Shown here: positions 39,258-52,546 of the stretch, piece by piece
Numbering within the stretch: position 1 is the first letter of the stretch
Layout: each line of letters opens with the position of its first letter
The notes under the pieces: model-generated
What the model was told of the DNA's origin: nothing
Seen by the model: the letters and a program-made list of their open reading frames with translations, nothing else
Databases searched by the model: none
Position numbers and translations under genes: made by a program
NCBI GenBank assembly: GCA_046563655.1
Contig: CM102285.1
Span: 10,788,001-10,852,000 of the forward strand
From: Yuukianura sp. NJ FZ-2021
Lineage: Eukaryota
Direction: 5' to 3'
DNA length: 64,000 nucleotides

Positions 39258-42200
39258 ATGGAAAACGGCTATGGCAGTCAGCAACAGGAACTTTCCAGAA
39301 ACGTAGAACGAAATCAAATTAATGGAGCTGCCGGTCGCGTAGAAAATTATTATCAAGCAGATGATAATTGGAGAAGTCCGGCTAATCGACACATCGTAGG
39401 ACAGAATGGATGGAATGGAAATGGTCATGTAACTTCCTCCTCGTCTCCACGAATAACTAAGAGCTACCCTGACGAACAAGACTTTGCCGGAACTATGTAT
39501 TACGGTCAAGGAAGTAACTCAGCGCGAAAGAAGGAATCGGTTCGTGAAACATTTTTACGTCAAGTCCGAGATGCATTGCAAAAAGATAGCCAACCATCGC
39601 AAGTTTTGGAGCCGGTACTCAGGGCGGGACTTACCACTATTAACAACGATGTCGCTGGGCCTTCCGGAGCATCGATTTTAAGCAGATGTCAGCCGCAGAA
39701 AATTGAAGAGGCAGAACCGAAATTCCATCCCGAAATGAGCTCTGATTCGCAGATTCCCAATGTTACGATAGGGGTTCATGGTAAATTGAATCCCATCAAA
39801 CCAGAGAGCCGAAGAGACACGCTTTTGGAGCAGTTGTCAAAATGTACTTACGAATGTATGGTCTGTTGCGGAAAAGTGTATCATCGACAATCCATCTGGA
39901 ACTGTCAGAACTGTTTTAATGCATTCCATTTACACTGCATTAAGAAATGGTCAGCATCTTCTGCTATACGTAAGTTATCTAACATCCAACACTTAAATTG
40001 ACATTTTCTCGAACTGGAATAACCGGCTCCATTTGCAATTTCCTGAATCCTGTGTAATTTAATTTCTAGAGGGAGAATGGAGATGCCCAGGTTGCCAAAA
40101 CATTGTGGATTACTATCCGAAGTACTACTACTGCTATTGCGGAAATATGAAGAATCCGCCATACAGTAGTTCCGGAGTTCCTCACAGGTATGTTGATTAG
40201 CACTCCCAGTTGATTTAGTCAATCATTTTGATTCGTATTTCAATATAATTTCAGCTGTGGAAACTCCTGTCGGAAGAAAAAAAGTTCAAGGGACGACTGT
40301 TCGCACTTTTGCTCTTTACCGTGTCATCCAGGGTAAAGTGATTCTTGATTAATTCTATTGCCAGTTTAATGCATTTCGCTAAAATTGGATACTTGTGAAT
40401 AGGCCTTGTGAAGACTGTACTTCCATGGTGAACAGGAAGTGCTGTTGTGGGAAATCTACAGCATTTGTACAATGTCAATCAAAGGCGTCTGTACTCTGCG
40501 GTCAGACGTGTGGAAAGATTGTGAACTGTGGAGTACATTCGTGTCCAGAACCATGTCATGCTGGGGATTGTCAGCCTTGCGATAAAATTATTACACTAGG
40601 TATTATATTTCAATCTCAATTACTCATTCATAAGGGCTCCCTTCATTGAAATTGTTTTGTTTTTACTATAATTTTTCCAGATTGCCACTGTGGTCGCAAC
40701 AAGAAGACGGTGACGTGTTCTGTCGAAGCAAATATCAACCATCGTCCGAAGTATTCTTGTGGCCTTGTGTGTGACAATTTGATGAACTGCAAGTACCATC
40801 GCTGCCCGCAACCCTGTCATGCCAATCATTGCGACCCGTGCAAAACTTCTATTGACATGATCGTTTCTTGCCCATGTGGACAAACATCTATTGCAGAGGC
40901 TTGTAGAAAGAATGGTCTTCCAACACGTACTTCGTGCCTGGATGAAATTCCGTGTTGCGGAAAAGTTTGCTCCAAAATCCTTTCTTGCGGACCCTACGAC
41001 GTCGAACGGCATCGCTGTACAAACAATTGTCACAGTGAGGGGATTCCCTGCGTTTGTCCGCTCGTTACAGAAGCACCTTGTCGTTGTGGAAATCAAAAGA
41101 TTGAACTTCCTTGCTCGGAGTACGTTCCGGGAGCGGAGCTGACATGTCAACGGAGGTGTAACAAGGTAAGTACTAAGTATTATGTAAAATACAGATAAAA
41201 GCTAATGAATTTCGTTTTGAATAATGAAGTTTGTTGTTACTTTCTAGAAACGAAGCTGTGGACGACATAAGTGTAATACGAAATGTTGTATCGATCCAGA
41301 CCACTTGTGTACAATCGTTTGCAACAAAATACTGTCTTGTGGAAACCATCGTTGTGAATCGCTGGTAAGTCGGATTAAATCATTAAAATTATATCTGCCA
41401 TTTAAATCAAAATTGAACTGATTCTTTCTCTCATTTTCACAGTGTCACTTTGGTCATTGTAAACTTTGTCCGAATGTTAGTTTTGACGAGCTACGTTGTG
41501 AGTGTGGGGAAGCAGTACTTTATCCTCCGGTTCCTTGTGGTACAGCGCCTCCAGCCTGTGACAAGCCGTGTTTGAGGGTACATCAGTGCGAACATCCTGT
41601 CCACCATCAATGTCACTCGGAACCCAACTGTCCACCATGCCCGTTCCTCACTGAAAAGTGGTGCTACGGGAAACATGAGGTAACTTAAAACAAAACAAAA
41701 TCAGGTTTTAGTAAGTTGCATACCTTTCTTCTTAATATTTTCAGCTACGGAAGAATATCCCATGCTACAATAATAACGTTTCATGCGGAATGCCTTGCGG
41801 GAAGCAACTTCGCTGCGGACGTCACAAATGTCCAAAGATCTGCCATTCTGGAGATTGCGAGAATGAAGGAGAAGCTTGCAAACTGAAATGTGGATCTCGA
41901 ATAAAGTGTGGTCACCAGTGTTCTGCACCGTGAGTTTACTAGTTCTTATGTAAGCTATAATCTACAATGATTGTATTGGAGTTTGTTCGTTTTAGGTGTC
42001 ACACTGGGGCCTGTCCAGAAATAATTTGCAGACAGTTGGTATACGCACATTTCATTATTTGAAAAATCGATTGATGTGTTCATCATAAATGTTTTTTTCT
42101 TGTTAATGTAGGTGGAAGTATCGTGTCCGTGTGGAAGACGACAAGAAGCTATGGTTTGTTGTAAACGCTACGCGGAATATGAGCGAGTGATTTCCGAAGC

Positions 42201-42980
42201 AGTTTCTCAGGAATTGAACGACGCGTTTAAAACGGAAGGCGAAAATGCTGAGAAGGAACCAACTGTCGAAGAGATCGTGAACAAGCTACGCGCATCCAAA
42301 GACATTTCAATTGTGTAAGTTCCGATTGAGTTTCAATTTCTGCTGCTGTTCTTAGTGTTGGTATTGTTAAAATTAATGAATAATGAATTTCATGTTTTAG
42401 ACTCACGTGTGACAAAGAGTGCGCTAGAGTCGAACGTGTACGGAAAATAGCCGAAGCTCTTCAACTACATAATCCTGACCCAGAAACTCGGATTGGCCCT
42501 CCAAATTATTCGGATTTCCTTAAAAAATTTGCTCAGAAGTCTCCGCAGTTTGTTGAAATGGTTCATGAGAAGCTGGCAGCACTTGTAATGCAAATTAAGA
42601 AGTCACCGAAGAAGAACATTACATTTGCATTTGACTCTATGAATCGAGACAAGCGGACAGTTATTCACGAGTACTCTGATCATTTTGGTATTCAGTCGGA
42701 GTCGTTCGACGAGGAACCGAATAGAAATGTCATCGTAACTGCTTCCAAAGACAAGGTAATGGTACTCTATTTAGCCAATTTTCTATTCATCGTTAATTTT
42801 AATCTATTTTTGTCAATTTTTTCACAGTGTTGGCTACCATCCGTCAGTCTTATTGATGTCGTTTTCCGAAAACCAGTTGTAAGTCAAACTGGCCGCAAAA
42901 ACGTTTACCACGATTTGGAATTGACTGAACCTCCGAAAACAAAAATTATTGGACCAGCTAATTTACATAAATTCAAGTAG
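39258..42980 (+). CDS. NFX1: NF-X1 / shuttle craft-like protein (RING, NF-X1 zinc fingers, R3H)
   Basis: [33 protein letters not shown], repeated CGxHxCxxxCHxGxC fingers, R3[35 protein letters not shown]. Confidence 0.92.
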
Positions 42981-43587
42981 GAGTGAATAATTACTTTAAT
43001 GTTAACGAAAGTTGATTAACTTCCATTTCAAAATTATCCATCTCTTTACAACATATACAACATATAACTGTTTGTAAATCGTTATTGTCAGTGTCAATTG
43101 GATAAGAATTTATATTCAAACTTATTAAAGTCGTGTTATTCTGTGTGTTATTATTCGATACAAAAGATTTAAAAAAAACGTTTTCTAATTTTAAAAGTGA
43201 AATTGTGAAAATGTAATCAAAATTATTATTGAATTAGTAAGCAGAAAAAAGGCAGAATTTTTGTGTAGAATTTCTCAACGGCAGCGAAGAAGTTCATGTA
43301 TTTCGCAGCGGGAAGTTCATTGTACTACACACATTTTTCCAATTCATTTCATTCATTTTTACTCGTGAAAGCAAAAAATAACAAGTTGTGCGATTGATTG
43401 CAATTGCAATTAATCAGTGATTAATTTTAATTTAGGTACTACTATAACAGTTTTCTAAAGTTTGCAAGTATTCAATTCACAGTCAAGTTTGTGTTTGTAT
43501 GACATCGAAGTCAAATGGAACTTTTCCTCTCTTTTTCTTGGACATGACGATAAGATTTTAACTTTGATTGGAATTCTGGACGGACCA

Positions 43588-46500
43588 ATGGAGTTGAAGC
43601 GCCCAAGTATTCCTTCTTCGTCTTCGGCTGCGACGTCATCGCCGTCTCCCGCTTCACAACAGCAGCCCAAATCAGCACTGCTGTCATCGAGGAAACCTGA
43701 CGACCATACTGGTCAAGTTGGAAGTACTGGTGACTCGGGAGAAATTAGCACTATATCTAAATTGCAGTTCGACATGTTGAGGCCAGTGACTATTCAGGTC
43801 ATGAGTTGTCCTACGACAAGCAATCTCCAGCAACTCATGGATATTGTTACTCATCTTCCTGATCTTGTCGACCCTTGTATCTTAGACTATGTCCTGTTTC
43901 CTTTGTCACATCACCTCAAGTTTAGTAGCAAACTGAAGTAAGTACATAAATCATAAATCATAAACTCTTGCTGTCTGACGATGTTGATGATGTCAATTGA
44001 TCTTTGTGTTTGTATTTCTAGAGATGATGTTCTCATAAAGCTCCACGATTGTGTGAAGGAGGTGCTCCAGAAATGGGTGATACCCAAATTTACGTACTTT
44101 GCTGAATTGTACCAATTTTGCATGATGTCCATTTGCAAGCAAGATGATCCAGGAAGCTGTAAGTTGTCAACACCGAAACGTTTGAATGCGAAGATGAAGA
44201 AGGTGCTTACCATAGATTTTTTGTGTACAGTTGACAAATCATTGTCCGAGACTGTGGTGGAACGGGTAGTAATTTCCATCCAAACGCTGATTGCAAGGAG
44301 TTTGTCGAGACACTTCAGAAAACTGTACAGCGAGAAGTATATAGCGGCCGTTGGACACGGAATCTGCATCCTGCTTCAAATTGTTAATCAGGACACGACG
44401 AAGTCATTGAGGTAATTACGAAATAACAGAAGGCTCCACCTGTAAAACCACGAAATTACAAAAGGCTCCACCTCCGGGATGAATGACTGTCAGCAATTTT
44501 GATTTTCTTTATTTCGTTTTCAGAGTTACGGCTATTCGCACGATTGTATCTCTGATTCGCATCTGTGACGGTGACAATGAAGCCTGTCACCGAATTTTCA
44601 AGTTCCTGCCAGGGTTAGCGACAACATTTGTTCGCTGCTCTATTATCCACGGAGGGAGATATCACGTCGAAGTCATTAGACAGTCTCTTGGTGCACTGAA
44701 AATCGCACTAATCACCTGCATAAGTTGTGAAACTGCTGAAGCTTTAGTTCCAGTTGACACAAACTTGTCGCCAGGAATTATTGAAATCAGCGAATCCTTA
44801 CTATTCAATGAAGACAAACGACTGAGGGACGCCTTAGCAGACTTGACTGTTTCAGTGATACAAGAGACAAAGATGTAAGAAAAATATAGCATTAATCGTC
44901 GATTTTATCATTTGTCATTTGTTTTCTAACTTTTTGTGCTTTACTAAACAGGAAACTGCCAAAATGCTCAGAGACCCTCTGGAACAACGTCCTCATCTTT
45001 GCTGGAAATATTGACAACAACAAAGACGCATCCGTGAAATGCCTCAACTTCCTAAGAAATCCCAACAACAAAACCCTGGCTCTGGCCTTATGTAACTTCA
45101 AGGCAATCGAACACCACCTCAAGAAAGCAGTGATACAATCCAATATAGGAGAGTTATCCAAATGTTACTTAACAGCTCATGGAGTCGCTGGTGCAATCTC
45201 AGTTACTAAGCTCTCCTTACCAGAATTGCGGTCCATCCTCCCTCGCATTGCAGATCTCAGAACGACAGTTGTCCGACGTCAGCAAGAGTACGAAGGCAAA
45301 CCGCTCCAAATGCAAGATCGACAAATTCTCAATGCCTGTAGTAGGATGTGCCAGTTCCTTCTGGACTCGCATGAAGTGGATGACGTTGTGGCCGAATTTT
45401 TTACTCTCCTGGACCGTGGAAACAATCTCGAGGATGTGACATCTCTCAGAAGTTCTGGAACGATCTTACTTATGAACGAAGTTCTCAACCTTTTCCTAAT
45501 CAGGAAGCCACCCAGTGTGGATTACCATCTTGTGGAAACCATCACGGAGAAGTACCTTACTCTTCTATGCCCTCTTCCAATTGTTATTGAAATACCGGCC
45601 TCAGAAAGAAGGAAACCGTTGCCACCGTTGGGAAATACGCCAAAGAAAGTTGAACTAGCTCCTGGCTCGTCTTCCTCTGGGATTAGTGTCCATACTTGTT
45701 CCATATTGGAAGCTTTCCCAACTTTCACCAAATTAGAACCTCTACTACTGCATCTCGTAACGTTTCCTCTCCTGGAATACGCTGGACTCCGAGAGCCCGA
45801 CTACGCTTTGGTTTCCAGGACTGCTGTTGAGAGCTTAACACAAATTGCCAAGTTATCTAACCTCAGCCTACGAGAATACCTCTCTATCAATCTGGACCTG
45901 GTGATGAGTGAGTTTGGGTCAAGGACAGAAGTCATTGCTGACTATCCTCATATGTCCGACGCTCTGGTCTTCCTCGCCGAGTACTTTGACTTCAGTCAAA
46001 GTAGATTTCTACAATTTATAGAACATATCATTCAGTTCAGCACGTCTCAAAACCTTGACCACAAGTTCCATCACATGTTTACAAATATTTACCACGCCTA
46101 TGTGCTTTCTATGTGGAAACACTACTACGAAAAGAACCAACCCAAGAAGACTAATCAACGTAATACTTGCAAAGAGGAAGAAGATGAGTTTTCACTTCAG
46201 GATCGACTACTATCCTACCAAGCAGCCTTAGGAATTTCTCCTTCAGACTTTTCTAAACGTGGGGAATCTCTACACACTATTGGTGACCGGTTGCAATCGG
46301 TTACCATTGATGAAGATACAGTGACTAAGGAAAACGTTACAGAAAATGGAGTAGCTGACACACATCCTGAGCCTGAACCGGATGAACCTGAAGAACCTGC
46401 GACGAAACCACCGCTTCCACCAGAAGTTTCGCTGACGTTAAAAATTGCACAGAAGGCTGCTGGATATTTATCTTCGGAGACGAGAGAAATCAAGCTCAAT

Positions 46501-47384
46501 TCAATGGAAATCTTAATTAAGTCTATTCAGATCCTTTCACCATATGAAGATGAATTGCTTCCATTACTTCATAAATGCTGGGAAACTTTAGCGTCGAGGT
46601 ATGATTGGATTCAATATTTCTACGGAGCAACTTCGCCAATAAGATTTAAACTGAAATACTAACTAGATCTTTTGACGTTTTCTTGTTTTTAGGTTTCAGG
46701 AGAGAGAATACGTGGTGTTACGAAAATCTTTCGAGCTGCTGTTGACCATGGTGAATTTCTCCGGAGACTTTCTCAGAAGAAGAACAATCGAGGGAATTTT
46801 CCCAATTCTTTCTATTTTCTTAGAAGAATTAGCAGAACATAGCAAAAATATAGAAGAGAAGAATGTCGTCTACTACACCTTTACTCAAGGATTCAAACTC
46901 CAGCACACAATTCTCACGGTAATTGACAAAGTGCATAAATTTTTGCTACTTCGTCTAACCGTAGCGTTTTTGAAGTTGATGTACTCATGTTTTTATGATT
47001 CATTTTCAGGGTCTAGCAGAACTTTGCGAAGCAATGGAAATCGGCGAACGGGATTTGGATCGAGTAGCGGAAGCTTGCCTTATTTACTTGGCTCCAGCAC
47101 AACATCAGAAACTGAGGGTAAGAATTTAACTTCCTTTTTTTTAGTTTTTTTATAACTATAAATTGTAATTGACAAATTAGGAAGCGGCGACACAATTGTT
47201 GCTTGATTTGGGGTATGGACGGCTTGGAGCATCAATTTGGATGAAATTGATTGCGTATGGCGTTATTCCTGTACCAGAACCTCCAGAAAATGAAGAGTTT
47301 CGAAGTTTTCCATCAGATTTTACAGAGCAATACAAAGAGGAATTAAAAAAGAAAAAGTTTGTTAGAAGCCATCCAGGAAAGTAA
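43588..47384 (+). CDS. TTI1: TELO2-interacting protein 1 (TTT complex, HEAT repeats)
   Basis: FDMLRPV, ILDYVLFPL, FLPGL, YLSINLDLV, EDELLPLLHKCWETLASR|F, SGDFLRRRT, YTFTQGFKLQ. Confidence 0.8.
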
Positions 47385-48092
47385 AACCAGGGTGGATGTA
47401 GGAAAAAATTTGACTTTCACCCTGGTTTCTAAACAAATTAATGTTTTTAACTAGAATATGAATGAAATGGATTATATTTGTGCGTTGAATTATTATATTT
47501 AGCTAAACTAATAAGTATTATTCTTATTAGAACCTTTTAAATCTGACATTTGTTCTCAGATTTAAATTGAACTGGCCCTGTAAACAGTTTTTGTTGACGG
47601 CACGACGACAAATAAAACTGACGATGATCCAGACCAAGTTCAAGGTGACTTCGTGCATAACGTGTCACCAATCAGGTCGTAACTTAACAAGGTAAAGTGG
47701 GAATTACTTAATCGTATGAAACTAATTTGCAATTTTTACTTCAGTTCAAGGTTTTCGAGTGACTCGTTTGTCGAGTTGTCACTTTGATGACAATAATTTA
47801 GTAGAAAGAGGTAAAACGCATAGTTTTGCAACGCCTGGTTTATTTCAAGGACGACGGTTCGATGATTTACTTTTCTTTTCGTTTCTAGTCAATCACATTT
47901 GTAATTTAACTTTACTTAATATTAACCGTTTAACACTCAAATCTTAAACTACCCCTTCCCTGACAGCTAACCAGAATTAATGTTGTACATGAAGTAAGGT
48001 ATTTCCTCAACTTTTTTTTCCCTCTTCTGCCTATAGGGCTTGAATTATGAAATTGAAGTTATGAAATCTGTGGACTTGACAAAGAAACAACT

Positions 48093-49932
48093 TTATTCTG
48101 CCTTTCCCTTCTGTTTTGCAATGTCAAATTTCCTCGAAGATTTAGACAGGTATGCCTCGTAAAAGAATTTGGCAAAGAGTAAGAAGTATGATGCGTACAT
48201 TGTGAGGCAAACGTTGATGTTTGCGTCACTGACATCGCAGTCCAGACCATTTCGTTTGGCCTGGTACGCATGAACATTAACCACAATTCCAATTACCATC
48301 TGAACCAATTGTAAACTAGTGATAGTAATTGCAATTGGTTTGGGGACTTTGATTCGCAGGGCTGACAAGGCGTAGTAGGAGTACATGAAGGAATGAACTG
48401 TGTAGTTGAGCGCAACGTACCAACGAGCTGGAGATACGTATTCTTGAAATGCATACCTAAAATTAAAATGAAATCAATTAATTTTTTTAGAATTTTAATT
48501 ACAATTAAATGTTTGAATTTGTATTTTAGAAACGTACCAGCAGTACAGGAGTACAGTGATGTGGTGATACCAGTGGAGGAAGATGAGGCGTTGCTTCCGC
48601 AGGACAATGAAAACCGTGTCACCAAGTTCCGGTACTTTGGAAAGTACGAACAGGAAGCACCAAAATTTCCACACTGGATTATGGATATGCCTAAATTCAA
48701 TCAAGAATTATCATTCCAAAGGTCAGTAGGTCATGCAAAAAAAAAACATCAATTTGTTGAAGTTTTTGGAAAAGATTTTGGGTTAACTTACGATGGGAAA
48801 CAAACGGAATGATGAAATCCATTTTCCTGATTTAAAATGTATAATTGTTCTGGAATTGTTCTGTAGGCTCCAATAATTGAAAATGTGGCTAAAGCGATGT
48901 TCCAGACGACGAGGGCTTTTCGGAGTTGAAACGGCGGTCGATTGGCCATCCAAAGTTTAATACCGAAGATGACAACCAAGTAGATGGCAGTGTAGTAGAA
49001 AGCAGTTGTCCAGTTTTCGTCCATCCATTCCTGTGCTCCAGTTACGTCGAATTTACCTTCAAAATCGAAGTACGTCGGATACTCTGGCTTCGTCAAGTGG
49101 CCATAGTTCACCGTCTGATTCACTATGGCCGCCCATCTCGCTTCACTCATTTTCGTCATCTTGGCTTCAAGATGCTGCACTGGAATTGTCACGAAAGAGA
49201 CAAAGATTTCGTTAAGCTGCGGCTGAAATCTACAACCCAAAAACTCGCGCCGAACTAAGAAATGCTGCGCTGCTAAAATTGAAAACTTTGAGTTTCTCTA
49301 CAACGTGACAAAGCGGCTTATCGCAGAAGGATTTTTTTTACAAAGTAAGGCCTTCCAGGAAATTAGATTACTAAAAATTCAACAATTGGCACCCAAAGTA
49401 TTTATTGTCAAAAGTTGCTTACAGTTTTACGGTAAACAAGTTTAAAGTCCTTCGATGACCACTGCAATCCCTCGACTGATGTCTCAGACTACGTCAAACC
49501 CAATAGCTGGATTACCAACTTTTCTTTGTATGATGGTGATGGTGATGGGTGATTGTGTAAGCCTGCTAAGCTGAAAAGTTGATTTGCTAAAAAATTTGCT
49601 ACTCCTTACTTCAGCAACACGCAAATTTAAGTGGGATTGCAAACATTTTGCAAGTTCAGTGAAATTGGACCTCCACTGGGCGTTGAAATCCTCTTTCTTA
49701 ATCTAAATGCACCCTGATAACAATTTTTGGACTTTTGGATTGATTAACCCCATACCGTGCCACTTTTTGCAAAAAATTGGACTTTGTGTAGCACTTGCCT
49801 TTTCCTGGAATACTGTCTATCACACTCCAGGATCCTCTTCTATCCCAAGTGCTTTTCGTCAATGGCGTCTGATAAGTTGACATTGACCTCTTGACCTTTG
49901 GACTTAAGTAATACAATTTCTACTCACGCCAT
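48093..49932 (-). CDS. ELOVL6: Very-long-chain fatty acid elongase 6-like
   Basis: [73 protein letters not shown]. Start is either ATG GC|gtgagt at 49932, which splices in frame, or ATG at 49159. Confidence 0.93.
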
Positions 49933-50399
49933 TTGTTTTGTCATTTGTTGTCATTTTTTTTGCTACCAAACTTTTTAACGTAAGTCCGATGTTGAATATT
50001 GCAAATTATGTGTTGTTTACGATTTATTATATGATGATAATATGTTAAAATACCTACCTAAACTCAAATTTTAAAAATTTTCTTTCAAAATTGTACATAA
50101 AATGGATTTAACTGGTTTAATTACTATAATCAATCAACCGCCGTGTGAAAATTAATTATTTTCGTGCTTGGTTTTGAGCAGGACTTCAGTGCTAGAAAAT
50201 ATAAAAATGTTAGTACGGCGTGAGGAAATAGCAAGAGAATTAAAATAGTATTCGTGCTTACCCCACGAAAAATTCAATTAAAAACATGTAGGTTTGCTTA
50301 CTTTTTCATAACATTTCATAAACTCAGATTAAGTCAGGGAATTTATACGAAAATAAAACGTTGACAAGCATAAAAAAGACATAATATGCAATTTTTTTC

Positions 50400-51720
50400 T
50401 TTGCAAAATCCATAAAAGTTATGAAAGAAATTTTAAAGTTGCGTTTTGTTATTAATTTTTTGACCAAATTACATAAACTGTTGATTCGCAACTTGACCCG
50501 AGCGATTGAGTCACAGAAATCGCTAAAAAGTTGCAATTTTGAAAACTTTGTGATCATTGGAATTGGAAAGTGCGAGTGGGAATTTGGTAGAATTGAGATA
50601 GGGGCTTGTACAGCACGAAGAGAGACACCCGCCTTCTGCTTCGCGGCCAAAGCCAGTTGCGGGAAAAAAGTTGAGGTGGGCAATGGGCATGGAGCCTTTC
50701 TCGGCCGTACGATCCCCTTGCAGCTCCTGTCACTTTTGAAACAGACTCCCCTACTTCCCCATGTTAAATCTCTTTCAGAAAATTTCAAAAAATCAAAAAC
50801 TTTAAAAATTCATAACTTTGGAATGGAAACCGATAAAAAGGTAAACTCTTCGGGGCTGAACTCACAAAAACATGTAGGATTTTATAAAATTTCAAAAAGC
50901 CATCCTAAAATTTTGAAAAAAGTCATGGATTATAGTCCATGTTGTTTTTTTTCCAAATCGTTTTTGAAGATTTTCAAAAACTTTGAAAATTCATATAGCC
51001 TTCTCAACTTTTGACTTTTTCAAATTTCATTAAAATTTTGATGATGCGTTTTTGAGTGTCAAATATTTTGGCACTACATTGACATTATGTGTGAAAGAAA
51101 ATGTTTCGCAACATGGATCGAGCGATGGAGTAGCGTAAATCGTTCATCGTTGCAAGATTGAAATTTTTAAAATTTTCTAAAAGAGGAACAAATGATGAAC
51201 TGTGCTTGTGTTTCCTGTTTTGCAAGTTTCTAAAGTCTTTTGCATCGGAGTGCAGAAAAGATATACCCTGTAAGCGTTTTTTATATCGAAATTTCAGAAC
51301 GTTTTGAAGGTAAGATTTTTTGCAAATTTTCATGCGAAATTAAGTGTAAAGATATTTGCAAAGGAGATGCATGCGATGTACTATCTGTGGAATTGACTAA
51401 TAGAAAAGTACTAGCTGTGGAAATGATCGTGTTCGTGAGGCCCAAGTTTCGAAAGAGTTTTTAACATGGGAGGCCTTTGACAGAGCAGAAAAGTAGACAG
51501 GGGATCGTACGGCCCAAAGAGGCAGGTAGCCCCTCTCTGCTTTTTGGATTTTTGTATGGGGAGGCCGCCAGCGGGAAAAAAGTTGAGGAAGGTGAGGAGC
51601 CTTTCTGAGTCGCCTAATCTCCGCATGGCTCCTGACACTTTTCAAGCAGGCTCCTCTGCCTCAATATAGAAAATCTCTTTCCAAAAATTTAGAAACTTTA
51701 AAATTTTATATCTCTGGAAC
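50400..51720. repeat. Degenerate composite repeat, probably a non-autonomous DNA-transposon remnant
   Basis: Diverged direct copies at ~50630-50825 and ~51530-51720 (gcgggaaaaaagttgagg...gagcctttct...gctcctg.cactttt). An inverted copy lies at ~51447-51515 (ggccgtacgatcccct, cccatgttaaa..ctctttc). Near-palindrome catggattatagtccatg at ~50924. Confidence 0.6.
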
Positions 51721-52546
51721 GCAATGCGCTAAATTGCTAATTCCTTCACGATTGTTCTAAGAATGATCCGAAGAATCTTTTAAACCCTTAAAACGAAAAT
51801 CTAAAATTTGGCTGATTTTCAACAAATTCCTGTGGCATAGTCGAGTGATTTTTTTTTCAAAATTTGCAAAACTTTGAATTTTTGCAAGAAATAATGCGAA
51901 ATATTGTTTTGCAACGTGGGGCGGAGTAAAAAGATGAACTGGAGGATCTATTGTTATTCATTTCAAAATTTTGAAACTTTAAAACGTTATTTGAAATTAC
52001 TATTGCTACAACTAGACGCCAGATGAAAATTAACTAATTATTTTCTTGATGCTTTGAATTAGAAATCAGGGTAGAAATTTTAAATTTTTTATCCGACGGC
52101 AAAAAAGGGCACACAAAAAATTCCCTGCTTCATAAAGTTATTTAATGCTAATTTCCTAATGACTTTAGAATAATTAATTAATAATTGCGAATCATGTAAT
52201 CGAAATAAATGCTTTATTAGGACAAATAATTAAATCAGTTTTTAACTTAGTTAAAACAACTTCATTACAAGGTTCTAAAAACTAAAAAAAGACGATTTAA
52301 ATTGAAGCACCTCCGTAAATTTCCAAATCCATTGCCATTTGATTAGGTATATCCGCGTTTCCTTATGTGCTGAAACTGATTAGGTTAACAATTTAACAAG
52401 AAAATGCTACTCAAAGCAAATAAACTTCAGCCCAACAATAACTGACCTCTGAGTTTTGCTCGTATAAAGTTCTTAAGGAACAAATATTGAAGACATTTTG
52501 TAGTATCCGTTATAGAAAGTATTTCGTAGTAAGCGTAGATTAAACA

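Noticed and set aside
44418..44473. 32-bp diverged tandem duplication in a TTI1 intron
   Set aside because: Simple local duplication with no effect on splice sites.
35354..46499. Many antisense ORFs over THOC1, NFX1 and TTI1 (and similarly over other genes)
   Set aside because: Shadow ORFs of real coding exons with no independent motifs.
50421..51014. 197-aa and opposite-strand 154-aa ORFs
   Set aside because: They lie in the degenerate repeat, have K/F/N-biased composition and no transposase motifs.
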